A DNA stretch of 64,000 bases. It comes from the human T2T-CHM13v2.0 reference genome, Homo sapiens. The stretch is taken from NCBI RefSeq assembly GCF_009914755.1, contig NC_060926.1, one strand, 5' to 3'. A model generated the notes under the pieces. That model saw only the letters and a list, made by a program, of their open reading frames with translations, searched no databases and was not told the origin of the DNA. Made by a program: the position numbers and the translations under genes. Of this stretch, positions 38,762 to 52,139 are shown one piece after another; position 1 is the first letter of the stretch, and every line of letters starts with the position of its first letter.

Positions 38762-41339
38762 AACTAAACCTTTTGTTATATGTTGAAAATACAAAGTCAA
38801 ATAAGGAAAGACCTTTACTCTTAAGCCTTTCTACCAAAATAGGGATGCAGAGGTGGGTAGGGCAAGAGAGAATCAAACAAGTAAAGAAATTCAGTAGAAG
38901 TAAAAGATGCCCTGCATGGGTTATATGGTATAACGGCTGTTTAAAAAACCTGATACATTTAACAGATAAATTAAGTTCTGTGCTTTCTGGAGTATTAATG
39001 TACTGTAGTTTTCCGCTTTAAAACTAGCCTTAAAGAAATGCAATCCAGCATCTGTTTCCATGGAAACAGAAGGACAAATTCACCAAGCACTACCTCCCAA
39101 TTCAATTTTGCATGGCCACGTATACATAATTTAAGATGGACATTTTGATAATGAGTTAGAGTTGAACTGTTAATGAACAACAGTCATTTTCTAAAGCTTT
39201 TTCCTTCTTACTGCCTGTTATTAACCTTTATTGGAAAAATGTAAAAAGGTAATCTTTCCTTATGTATAAGGCACTTTCTCTTAAATAATTAGAGTCCCAA
39301 AGCAATATCAGGTGTTCAAGCTACTTGCCATCAAAACAAGAACAATATTTCTTTGCAGTATATTCATTTGTACTTCTCACTGAATTTGAAATGAAATTGG
39401 GTGGCTTTAACAATTTATATATTTTTAACTTCAATATTTTTCAAACTCTATTTGATATTGCTGTGTATTGGTGAATATAAATGTTTCCTTGTCAATTTCC
39501 TTTTATAACTTTCCTTGCTGTATTGGAATATATAGAGGCAAATATGGTATTCAGTTTTTCTATTATATACCATCACCAAAGTCAATAGTTATTGATATCA
39601 GATATCTGTATCTTAATTTATTTTATGTTTGCATCTTACTCAAGTAATTGAAATATTACTTTATCCAGCCCATGAATTACATGCAGTTTCCAATGGGAAG
39701 TTAAAAGCTGTGCAATTGCTTTGAACTAAAACCTTTAAGTAAGTTAATGAAGCATGTGTCTTTTAGACTCAGTAAGCAGATCATAATGGAATAAGGAAGT
39801 TGAGCTCTTTGCAGCATTAAATTCTCTCTTAACTAGCCCTGAAGCTTATGTAGATTTAACATGCTCGGTTCTGATCTTGTAAATTTAAGTGTGAGATTGA
39901 AAGAAATGGCATTCTAAAATAGAATGTCTCAGCCCAAATTTTTGGGTTATGACAGGCTTTCTGAAAAAAAAATACATTGTGAACTAAAATTGAACACAAT
40001 CTGAGGGCAAATGAAGGAGATGAGGATTTCAGGAGCCAAGTGACAACTCTTGGTGCTTAAAATTTGCATTTGCATGTTGCTTTGAAGATGTTTCGACATT
40101 AGCATATGCATTTTGTATTGTGTACTTAACCTCGGGGTTTCTTTTTCCTCTTGTATCCTTTAGCCATAGTAAGTAGTTAAAGTTCTTGCCTATATTGGTA
40201 TTGTATTCCTTAAATATTGCTGAAGAGCAAATTTACATAATGGAAAATAGACATCCATGAAGCTGCTAGGCTGCAGAGATTAAGGGTAAAATCAGTTACT
40301 GCCAAATGCAGAAGCTAAAACGCTTAAAAGTTTACCCTTTCTGTTGGTAATCAGATCTATTTATAGATTCACAGTCTTCTTGGCCCTTTAATAGGATGAC
40401 CAGCAAGAAAGCCTTATTTTAGGTGACTTACGTAAATGCGGACATTTTTCTGTTCATTTTATTTCCAAAATTCTTGGGGACTCAGTAGCTAATTTTTATC
40501 CCAGGGTTTCTGAATATGTGTATGTGTAAGGAGAATATGTCACCCTTTATTTGATGGCTACCTTAAAGTATGTTGGGCTAGGCAACTCACCTGTGAACAA
40601 AGTGAGCTATTTTTATTACTTGAAAATATTGTACTTTTTTAACTTCATATTTCTAATAAACTAAAATTCATTCCAATTTTATTACTTAAATGTGTATTGG
40701 CACAAACAGCTGCAACAAACTATATGCCAGTTTGGCATTTATTCAATTCTCTCAGGATTTTGGTTGTCACTGTTTTTGTTATCCACCAAATAAATTAAAT
40801 TGTTTATTTTGCTATGTTCTTTACTTTTGGGGGGAAGGGATTTCAGATATCAGATAACAATAATTTTTGAATCTCACAGTCATTAATCAAGGACCTTCTA
40901 AATCCAGTTCTCCATAAGTGAAGTCAACTTGAATTGTTTCAGTATACAGATTTTGTTCTCATCTTTCTGATTTATTCACAATTAGATTAAACAGAAAATA
41001 TACTTTAAATGCATATCCACAAGAGCAATCATATTATGGAAATATTAACATTAAGCTCTGGAATTCACTGCAAATGTGCTTATTTCTGTCTTTACAAAGA
41101 AAAGAGAAAACAAATGAGGTTGACATTTGTAAAATAATGATAAAAAATAATATGCAATTGAAGGATAAACATATGTTGGGATAATTAAAGTAAAATAATG
41201 CTAGTTTAAGTTTAGACTGTCTTATCTTTAGAATGGATTTTCTATGAGTTTTTAAAACGGAAAGATTGGTGGTGGGGGCGTGGGCAGTATATATCTCTCT
41301 CTTTTAGAAATGGAATTCTCATTGCTACTTGCTTTTACA

Positions 41340-41358
41340 TTCCAGCAGAGGGAGCAAA
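41340..41358 (+). promoter_or_regulatory. Candidate CTCF binding motif
   Basis: ttCCAGCAGAGGGAGCaaa matches the core CCASYAGRKGGCRS with one mismatch. A GC box (gggggcgtggg) lies ~60 bp upstream. Confidence 0.5.
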
Positions 41359-42203
41359 AGCTAGTGAACAAATTATATAAGTGATACGAACACTACCAAT
41401 GATGCTGCAATGCACAGAAACATTTAGAAAAAGTCTTGCTGATTTCAAACATCAAAACACAAGTGGGAAAAATGCCCTCAAGTTTGTGTCATTAAGAATT
41501 GTTTTCAAGCAATAAAAGATTATGTGTAAACATAGAAATCTCAAAGCAGACAGCCAATTAAAGTTGAAACTATCTTGGCCTTGTGCCATATATTCAAACA
41601 TATGTAACATATGAATGAGTCAAAAAAGTTTACCAGATCTTAGAGCTACCAGTGTGCGCTACTATTTTGATTCAAGTTCTGGAACAGACTTTGTGAAGAA
41701 TTTTTAATGGATAAAGTTCTTTAGTTGTTGGTTGCTTTGATTTTTCTCAGGATTAATGACATGACCAAGCCATTGTTACTGTCAGGTAATATGGTACCGT
41801 TGACAAAATTGCATCTTTTCTGAAATTTTACTTCTTCCCTTGAACAACATTCTTTGTGAGTATATATTTGAGGTCTCAAGGTGTTCTTAGAAAAGTTCTG
41901 ATTTTAAAATTATACATGATCATCCTAAATTTGATTATCCTTTACATCTCAAAAGATGAGATCCATAGTTTCAACTCTCCCATATGCTAGTATTGAGATA
42001 CATGTTAAGATTTGTTTGTTAAGAATTGTTAGAAAACACCAGTGACCATTTTTGTATTTTGAAGACAATATAGCAGATGCCTACAGGGTTGGGCTCGCTC
42101 ACTCGGGAACAATTTATGTGCTTCTATCTGCCCCCTAGGTGTGCATGGCTTTAAAAAAAATCTGAATATTTTAGGCCTAGTGATAAAAACCTTTCAGATT
42201 TTA

Positions 42204-42519
<316 letters not shown>

Positions 42520-43309
42520 TCAGATATTGTCTCTATCCCAGGTGATATGTCCCTCTTATTTGTTTAAGATGGCAACTGATATCCTGATTTCCTGACACTC
42601 TGTCCTCCACACTGCTTATCTCTCAGGTCACCCTGGACATAGATAGAAATTATTTGCCTGACCTCAGCTCATCAGGATGGCACTAAGCATAAAGAATACT
42701 TTGTTTTTCGGCTTTTTGACCTGGTCCCCCAGGCCTAATACCAGGTTGCCTTTATGTATCTTTTTTCATGTGTCTTCACCTGTTGTCTAGATAACCTCTG
42801 GTTAGCTCTGTTTAAGCAGAACTGAGTCCTCCCTTGCTCCTTCCAGGCCTCCGTTCTAACAAACACTGCCTCCCTGTCTGGAAGTCAGGACTGGCAATTC
42901 CCAGACTCCATAGAATACCTTTACGTTTTGTTTTGGCAAATTAGTTAACCTCTCTGTATCTTAATGTTTTTGTTTGTAAAACGGGAGTAATAGGTTGGCA
43001 CATACAATTCAAATAGTTTCTAATTTATATTATTATTATCATCATATTGGAGGTGGTAGTGGTTGTCTCTCTTTTCTCCCTGTGGCAGGTTTCCTAAACC
43101 ATTGACTCCTGTCTATTGCTATTCTCCCAGATTCTACATCCAGCCAGACTTGACTTCAGTTCCTATTTTGTATCCACTTAGCACCTGCTGCATTCTGAAG
43201 GACAAGTAATATTACACATCCACAAACTACAAAACCACATTGAATGTGGAGTAGTTAGAATGTGCCAGAAATAGGATAGGCTTCTTTTCATGCAGTCCCC
43301 AAGATAAGT

Positions 43310-45135
43310 CTATTCTGGAATTCTGGAAAAATTGGTGGCAGCAATGACATTATGTGTGAATCTCTGAATTTTCCCATTAAAACAGAAAACGACTAGAACA
43401 GCAAAACTTAAAAGAATGATAAACAATTTTGACAACAAATTTAGGTGGCAAAGTGTTCTCACAAATTCTCAAATATGAGCTGACATTGTCATGACCCAGA
43501 TGATACTACAATTTTTGTAGGAGACAACAGAGGAAAGCAATGAGGTATTTGATGGAAATGAGGTCAGGATAACACCCAATTTTCTAATAGATACTCATGA
43601 GAAATTGTTTCAGGCCAATTGGATAATAGTAGCTGAAAATGGGAGAAGTACTTTGCAGGTGAGAAAAAAAACTCCTCTCTAATATCTGAAGGGTCTGAAC
43701 AGTCTGCAGTCTGTGAATTCTTGAAACTCACTAGCTGAAGCTCCTTCTCAGAAGACACTTTGGGGAATAAAGCCCAACTAGAGTGGGAGGAAAAGGAAAT
43801 GAATGGTCCAGATTAAAATGGGTGAGGTAAATGGGGTCAGGAGGTCTCAAGAAATAGAAGGGTAATTTTTTTTTTTAACACTTCAAAAACTACAGAAAGA
43901 GGTGTTCCATATTTGTGAAAATAGAAATGGTCTTTTGATCAATCATTTCCCCTTAAAAGACTAGGAAAATTGATCTTATGCAAAAAAGGAAAGAAGGAAG
44001 GAAGAACAAAAGGAAGAGAGAAAAGAAAAACTAGAAAAGCATGACTGATGTAAGAAAAAGATAGTAAGAAGTAGAATGGTATCTCTGCAAACAATGCAAG
44101 CACACCAGTACTTTATGCTCATAAGACAGAGGAAAAGTGTAATCTAATATTTCAAAAGATGCTAAAATAAATGCTCTAAATGATAGAATATAGAAAAGAA
44201 CAACATAAATTTAGAAAAACTGAAATGCGCAAGTATAATGCAGGAAAGAATTAGAAATCAAAGACTAAATCATTTCAGAAATGAAGGCCAAACTTGTAAG
44301 AACACATGAGTGAATAATACCGAGAGCATGCCATAAGAATTTTAGAAAAGAAAAAGGAGCAACTAAAAATATAAAAATTGGAAACTAAATTGTTCAATTG
44401 AAAGTGACACATATAGAAGATAAGCAACAAGACCCAAAATATTAGGATTTCCTAAAGAGAAAAACCAATGAAATAAAATGAACATTAATAACTATAGGCA
44501 GGGTGCAGTGGCTCACACCTGTAATCCCAGCACCTTGGGAGGATGAGGCTGGTGGATTACCTGAGGTCAGGATTTCGAGACCAGCCTGACCAATATGATG
44601 TAACCCCATCTCTTCTAAAAAAAAAAAAAAAAAAAATTTGACCAGGTGTGATGGTGGGCACCTGTAATCCCAGCTACTTGGGAAGCTGAGGCAGAGAATT
44701 GCCACCACTGCACTCCAGCCTGGGCGACAGAGTGAGACTGTATCTCGAAAAATAAAATAATGACTATAATTCCGGGAAACTTTTCTGAAAATAAAATTGC
44801 AACGATATTGTGAAAAGGAACACTACATCCCTGCGAGAGTGATCCATAATGAGTAATGTCAAGATACATTGTAGGAAATCTCCCAAACTTAAAAGATAAA
44901 AAAATCAGTTTGGCTTCGAGGGAAATAGATACTTGTAAGAATTAAGGGGGGGAAAATCCCAGATTGTCATCAGAGTTTTCAAAGGAATCCTTTACTCTGG
45001 AAGTAAATGGAGTAACATTTAAAAGGTAGTCAAGTTTGGTGAGTCATGGATTTTAGATCTATCAAAGTGATTTTCAAGTATAGCAGCCACAGATATATTT
45101 ATCAACATGCAAGAACTCAAGACTATTGTTCCTGG
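43310..45135 (+). mobile_element. HAL1-like (ORF1-type ancient L1) element interrupted by an Alu
   Basis: A-rich ORF1-like sequence: gaaacttttctgaaaataaa, aaaatcccagattgtcatcaga, aaatggagtaacattt, caacatgcaagaactcaagactattgttcc. Confidence 0.6.
44497..44757 (+). mobile_element. AluSp/Sq-like with an A20 middle tract and a ~40-bp right-arm deletion
   Basis: gaggcagagaattg is joined directly to ccaccactgcactcc. TSD taataactata / taatgactata. Confidence 0.92.
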
Positions 45136-45144
45136 TAAATAGAA

Positions 45145-45919
45145 ATAGCATTTGCCCACTCATTCAGGCCCAAAGCTTGGCATGTTTCTTGATGTCTTTA
45201 TTTGTCTTATAACTCACATTCGATTCAATGGAAAGTTCCAGTGGCTCTACCTTCAAAATATATCTGAAATTGGACCTTCCACCCCCATTGTTATTCTGTT
45301 AATCACCATCATCTCTTGCTGGCATGACTACAGTGGCCTTCTTCCTTGTTTCTCTGCTTCCAGTCTTTCCTCTCTCTAATCTGCTCTTTGCACAACAGCC
45401 ACAATAAGCTACTATTATACCATGCCTATGCTAAAACTCTCATGATTCCTTACATTACTTAGTCTGGGATACCTCTCTAACCTGCCCCTTGCTCACTGCA
45501 GTGGTGGTACAAGGCTAGTCCGTTATTTCACTCAGTACTGTCCAACTACAGGGAGCATCCATTTGCTGTTCCCCTGCCCAAAATGTCCTTCCATAGATGA
45601 AAATATGGTTGCTCTCCTCTTCATTAAACGTCTTTTCAAGTGTCTTTATTCCAACTGACCTTTCCTTTCTAAAATAGTACCATCTCCTTCACTTTATCTA
45701 CCCTTACTTACTGTGCTTTATATTTCTTCACAGGACTTCTTGATTTTCTGACATATTACAAATCTATTTATTTGTTGCTCTCTTCCCTTCTAAAACATAA
45801 GCTTTATGAAGGAAGAGACTGTGTTTATTTTGTTCCTTTCTGTCTCCTCAGCACCTCAGGTAGTGCCTGGTATGAGATATACATTTTCCTGATACTACTA
45901 CTCAATTGAATAAATGAAT
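45145..45919 (+). mobile_element. L2 3' region
   Basis: ggctctaccttcaaaatatatctgaa, caccatcatctcttg, tagtgcctggtat...tgaataaatgaa. Confidence 0.87.
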
Positions 45920-48015
45920 TCACAAGAGGTGTTACATACTAAAACATTAAAGTGTTATCTTTTGTAGAAAATAGATCAATAATAGGTTGTTACTGAAGGC
46001 AAAATATTTTGGAGCCATTCTTAAAGGTTTTTCTTAATTTGTCAAAGAGTAAGAGGGCATGCATCTCCGATAAGTCCCTTTCCAGTACCACTGTCAGAGT
46101 ATGTACTAGGCTGAATATGGCTTTGAATTTTCTGCTTTCCAGCAGAGAGAGAAAGCCTTACAAACAATTCAAGCTGTAACCCCTGTAATTATTAATTAGT
46201 GCCTATTCAAGTACCATGTACCTAGCAGAGATTCTTCTAATCAGATTGCATACCTTACATCTAAAAATGAATTCGTCATTTTGTGAGATATGTATTTCTC
46301 TAAGTATAATGGCATTATACTGTCCTACACTCTTTTAGGAACTAAATAGCAATAATGTATAATCTTATTTTCAAGAAATCTTCCTTTTATGAAAAGTCAA
46401 TAAAATCTGATGTAAGGGATTTAAAAATAATTCAACTTATATAATTTGATCAGACTATGTGCAACCTATACCATCCTATTTACTACATCATACTACAATT
46501 TATCAGTTGTTACCTTCCTTAATCCTCTCCAGCTGCAGGTCCTGAAAGGTCTTTTGCCTATAGGTTCAATCCCTTCTAGTGTCTGGACCACCTGAAATCA
46601 GATTGAGAATATATTTCAGCCCTATATGAACTGGTACGGGTTTTGCTTCTAGAAGCCCGTGCCCTTTCCTTGTAATATTCAGTGTGTGTTTTGTCTTTTT
46701 TAATGGGTTGCTGCTCAGATTTTTTTATGAAAACACATATAACTCTGCTCTAAATCTCAGCCCCTTGAAACAGGGCTTGATGACTCTGTCCAGTTTTTTC
46801 TAACATTTACCAAATGGGAATTCTGATCCATACTATTCTCAGTTATTGATGGGGGCCTTAATGCAAGTCATACCACTTTCCCCAACTCCAGGTACTAGTA
46901 CTTGGCCATGAGGTTCTGCACCACAGAAAAAGTGAATTGTATAAACCAAATTCATCCTCTATATGTTTATGTAGTAAGTTTCCTGTCTTATTCATTAGCC
47001 AATGTGAGGAAACATGTACTCAGAGCATAGATAAGTAAATATATGTGTCCAATAATTCTACCAAGTGAACAGTAAAATATGCATGTCTATGGTTCGGAGA
47101 TACAAACTTTTCAAAAGCAGAGTGGACAAGCATAAATACATACTTGGGGTTGAGACTAAGTAAAAATCTGAAATATCCCATTTATTAGAAGGTTGAAGGT
47201 TTTTTTCTTTTTTGCATTCATTTGTTCTTGATTCAGTGAGATTAGTATCTTTAAAGTCAATTATTGGTTTTGTAATTACATTTGGCACAAATATGTATTA
47301 ACTTTATGTTAATTATGGGACTAATGCCATGTTTGAATGTAAACCAAGAACTTTATGTCTGTAGTCAGCAATTCAATCTTGCTTTTGAGGAATTTGTAAT
47401 GTGAAATCACTGTTTAGCATTGTAATAGCTTTCCTTAGGGTCAAGCACTTCCCAATAAGTTTGACATTAGGCATGAAAGAAGATGCATGAAAATGTTTTA
47501 CTCACAGATATAAACAGTGTAATCTTTATTAACACACAGAATGGAACATACAGTAATGAAGCAATCTAAAAAGAACATAAATTTCAATATTTAGCCAATT
47601 TGTTTTTATTTCCTTCCATGCAATAGTATAGGAGTTCAAGAATAGTCAATGGTTATTTGAGTGGAATATGAAAAGTGTGTCCTAATTTTCAGAGGATTTG
47701 GGGAAGAATTCCTAATTCATAATATGCAGCTGCTTCCTTCTTCTATGATACTATGCTATAAACAGGGAATGTTTCTTGATTAGATGCCAATGCCAATTCT
47801 GTTCAAAAACTTCAGGAGGAGTTTAGAAATGTATACAGGTTAAGAATGGACACTGAAAAAGACAAATATTTAAAGTAATATGTTTTTCTTGGAGAAATTT
47901 TCTTATGAAGTTGTATTATTCAGTTAACAATAGATAGTAACATGAGAAGGATTTGATGACTTAAATAACTGTCTGATTTATGTTTTATCCCCCCCCTTTT
48001 GTGTGTTTCCTTTAG

Positions 48016-48114
48016 ATAAGAAATGTTGAAACCAATCAGTGTTTAGACAACATGGGCCGCAAGGAAAATGAAAAAGTGGGTATATTCAACTGTCATGGTA
48101 TGGGAGGAAATCAG
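48016..48114 (+). CDS. GALNT13: GALNT13 internal coding exon (99 nt, phase 0 to 0): ricin-B lectin domain, alpha subdomain
   Basis: Long pyrimidine tract ending ttcctttag| and donor CAG|gtaaac. Translates [33 protein letters not shown] (CLD and C-x-G-x-GGNQ ricin motifs; NMGRK in T13 versus NMARK in T1). In frame with the upstream exon. Confidence 0.97.
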
Positions 48115-49289
48115 GTAAACTCTCCCTTTTTATCAGCTTCATGTTTTAGAGGGAAAATATTGTTAAAACTATCAGTGGAGACCATGGCTCACATGTTAAT
48201 AACTATAAACTGAGCTTAATAAATAAATGTACACTCAAATCTAGAACTAATTTGGCTATTTTATTGTCCCAAGGATCTTAAAGGAGAGCTGAAAAATTAA
48301 AATAAAAAGAGCAACACTTTCAGTGTGCCTACAGTTAATGAAGATATCCAAATATTTTAGACACATCTCATTTTATCATGTATTAGCAAATGAGAGGAGT
48401 ACATTTTATTCTATTAACTGAATATAGAAAATAATTCCTCAACATCTGTGATGTTTTCCCAATGGTTATTTTTATCCATCTCTTTTCAGATTTTTATGTA
48501 TGTTATGATTTTTAAGAGCTTTTGAAGTTTAATAAAATGTTTAAGTATATAGTTCAGTGTTGAAAGCTGACTAAAAGTCTTAGACAGCCTTTCTTGTGTG
48601 TGACAAGAGTTCTTGTGCTCTTCTTAAGCATTGGAAAAAAGCTTTGCATGGTGGGCCACATGGAGGCTATTTGGCTGTGAGTCTTCAGGACAGAGCTATT
48701 TTACTGCCATGGCCACTTTGAGAGGTAGAATTTGGAGTTCCTGGGAACTATACCAACAAAGCAGAGTTTGAGGTAGCTAATCCTCTGTAAACAAGTTATC
48801 TACAGAAGTTTAGGAGAACCAAAAGTTTTTTATCCAGAGGTAGAATTTCTGAGTTAGTGTGAACCGAGGTTGCAAAAGTTATCCTGTCCAGCACAATTAT
48901 GGTTATATTTGTGTCAAGATTTATTACAAAAATACTTGTTGATTCTTGTACTATAAAGAAGAAAATGAACTCTGTTGAGTTTTGGCGCACCATACTTCAA
49001 ACAGGGCCGGTGTTATTTAATGGAGAACATTAAAAGGAAGTTTCTCCCTTAAAAATTCTTAATTTAAAAAATCCTAATTAGTGTTCCAAACTGTCAATTT
49101 GAGCAAGAAAATATTTAAACCAAATTTCTAAATTACAGCATGGGAAATTGACCTTATGGAGGAAGAGGATAGAAACAACATAGGCAGACTAATGACAAAG
49201 CATTCAGAAATGATTCCATTTATTGTTTCACTGATTCATAATGAATGTGACAGGCCTCTACTGCCAAAAACCAATGAAGTCCTGATGAA

Positions 49290-49740
49290 TTCAGCTGGAA
49301 ACAACAAAATGCTTAACTATAAGAGGACTAAATGTGTGAGGGTTTAATTTTCTCACATAATAAAAATTCTGACATTTGTTTAGGACCTCAATGATTTCAT
49401 AAAGAAACCAAAAACTTTATGTCTTTCCATTCTTTAGTGTTTAGAGTTAACTTTTATCATCAGCTGGTCAGAAGAGGACTGCTGAAATTCCAGACATCAT
49501 ATCCACATTCAAGGCAGGAATATCAAAGTCAGGGAAGAACTGCAATAGCCATATCTGTTTTTCTTTTAGGAAAAGCAAAAGCCTTCCTAGAGGCTCTACA
49601 CGTCTCAGTGTATCTCTCTTTAGGTAAAAATGTGTTACTTGGACATCCCTAGTACAACAAAACACTGAATATTTAACCCCACACTCACAAGTAGCTTCTT
49701 CTCACAGTTCATTTACCAAGATATTGGGGAGACATTTAGA
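49290..49740 (-). mobile_element. Old MaLR LTR fragment (MLT1J/L-like)
   Basis: ttccagacatcatatccacattcaaggcagg...aaagcaaaagccttcctagagg. Confidence 0.55.
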
Positions 49741-50343
49741 AGTGCCAGCCATAATCTGTTTGAACAACTTATGGCAAAAAAAATCAGCTAATTATCTGCT
49801 CCATAATTTCATACAGAATTTAAAGAAACACTACTTATGAAATCTCTCTCATTCTATTGCTTATGAAAATAAGAAAGGTACCCCAGATGAATTCTCTACA
49901 TAGAATCATTACAGTGCCATATTAAAAATTACTTTATTCATCTGCACGTTTTCAAATACCCAGAAATAAGCTATCTCACTCTACTGCAAACTTCTTGCTG
50001 GCAGTCCTATATCTTACTCCTGTTTTCATACCCAGCACCTGCTGCAGTCTTGGAACATGGTGAGCACCTAACGAATACTAGGCAAGTAAATAGATGAAAG
50101 ATTGTATTGCCAGAACAGTAGATTTGTACCTTAGAACTTTGTAGACATTGCCAAGAAATAATGAGCTGTTATTTTCATAGTAACTAAAAGTATATAAAAA
50201 CAGCTCAGGGATTCATAAAGAAAGTGATCAAATAATAATAAGCATAAAATCTATCCCTACTTTTATTCTAATGTGCTCTACAAGATCAATTTAATAACAA
50301 GATAAAAATTAAAACCATTATTTTTCCATCTACATACTTAATT

Positions 50344-50350
<7 letters not shown>

Positions 50351-50396
<46 letters not shown>
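50351..50396. repeat. (CA)23 microsatellite
   Basis: Read directly; uninterrupted. Confidence 0.97.
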
Positions 50397-50398
<2 letters not shown>

Positions 50399-50810
50399 TG
50401 TTTTTGGAGCCCTTTTTGTTAAAACACAAACAATGGAAACAATTCAGTATTTACCAAGAGGGGAATGGTTAAATAAAGCATGGTATACGCACAGTATAGA
50501 AAGCTGTATACCATCAAAATGACTGAGGGAGGTCTGCATGTGTGTCACTAGAACTTCAAAAGAGAAAAACAATCCAGACAACTTATTTTCAATAATCTCA
50601 TTTATGAAAAAATATTTGAACAATATATAGTATCTGTATATTTATATGGATGCTATGTAATCTATTACAAATCTATAAAAATCTATCTGGAATATAGATT
50701 GTATCTGGCGAGTGGATATCTGGAAAGAAGACTGAGTTGGAAAAGAAATTTTCCTTTTTACCGCACATTTTTCTGCATACAGTAGTACATGTATTTCCTT
50801 CATAATTAAA
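50397..50810 (+). mobile_element. Ancient L1 (L1ME-like) 3' fragment
   Basis: tggaaacaattcagtatttaccaagaggggaatggttaaataaagcatggtata. Confidence 0.65.
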
Positions 50811-52139
50811 TAAGAATGGGGAAATTTAAACTATTGAGACTAGAAGAACATTGTTGTGTTGCATTACTCTGATCTGATTAATTGGGTAACTTATGGCAAG
50901 TTACATAATATTTTTGAGCTTTGATATTGATTGTCCATAAAATGAACAAAAGATTTCATTCAAATTTTTTCTAACACTAGGAAAATTCATTAAAAAAATT
51001 AACACTAAACATGGCACATACTAAACATGCAATGTGTATTGATCCATTGCCATTAATTAGCCCCTTTACTTGTTATTTCTATTGATGTTGTTAATTCTCT
51101 TATTTCTGAAGTTAAAAAATGTTCGTTCAGTGGCTAATGTCACAAGCAAGATAAAAGCACAACACTTAATTTGGTATTGTTGATTTCAAAACGATGAACA
51201 ACCTCTCCTGTAACTCTAACAAATACAGATTATGGAAAAATTTAACCATCATATAAAACTCAATTATTATGAATTCTGCTCTGATGGAATTCAATATTTC
51301 TAAGATAATTAATACTAGGAACCTGTTTCAGGTTTTGTCTTTCTCACTTTAATAAAAAACAGATTTTAGAATTTTATTCTCAGAATTACCCTCCCTGGTT
51401 TTATTGCTATTCTTTTATGTTACCATGGAAGCAGCAATTATTTTTATGGTTATTTAGTTTTGACTGTTTTATAAGTAGCCCCCAACCCATAAAAATCACT
51501 CAAGCTTCTCTCTCTTGCTTTTACACAAAAATCATAACAAATGTTAAAATCCTTTTTTAACTTAGTTACATTTCTAAAAAAAGGTATTTTTTTTTTGTTT
51601 GTCGACAATTATACCTTAACCATTTCTCCTTGCATAGGAGTTTTGATAGTTTAGGGGTTTTTTAAGGCCTTGGAAACATCAGGAAGAAACTTACTTTTCA
51701 GTAGTTGTTAGAAATAATTTTCTTAAACACTCAGATTTCCCAGCAAAATCTAAATGGAGTTAATGAAAGTTTTTGTAGCAGGAATACTGCAAAAGCTAAC
51801 AACTGGAGAATTATTATTCAATTCAACATGACCATTTTGAAGTGCTCTTTTTTTAAAGCCTTATAAATAAAAACTGTCTTACTCAAAGAATAACAAAATT
51901 CAGCACTCCATTTATATCTATTCTTGCAATGATTTATTTTCATTGTCAAGCAACTTCATGATAATCATTAACACTTTGAAAAGAATAAGAATAATTTGAT
52001 TAACTTGAATATAAACTTTTACAAGTGAAAGACAGAAGTTACAATTTACTGAAATAAAGTATAGCAGTTGTGAGAGTGTCTTCTCTGTACTTCTGAAAGA
52101 TGGCATGGATTCCTGGAAGCACTTCCATGTCCCGTACAA

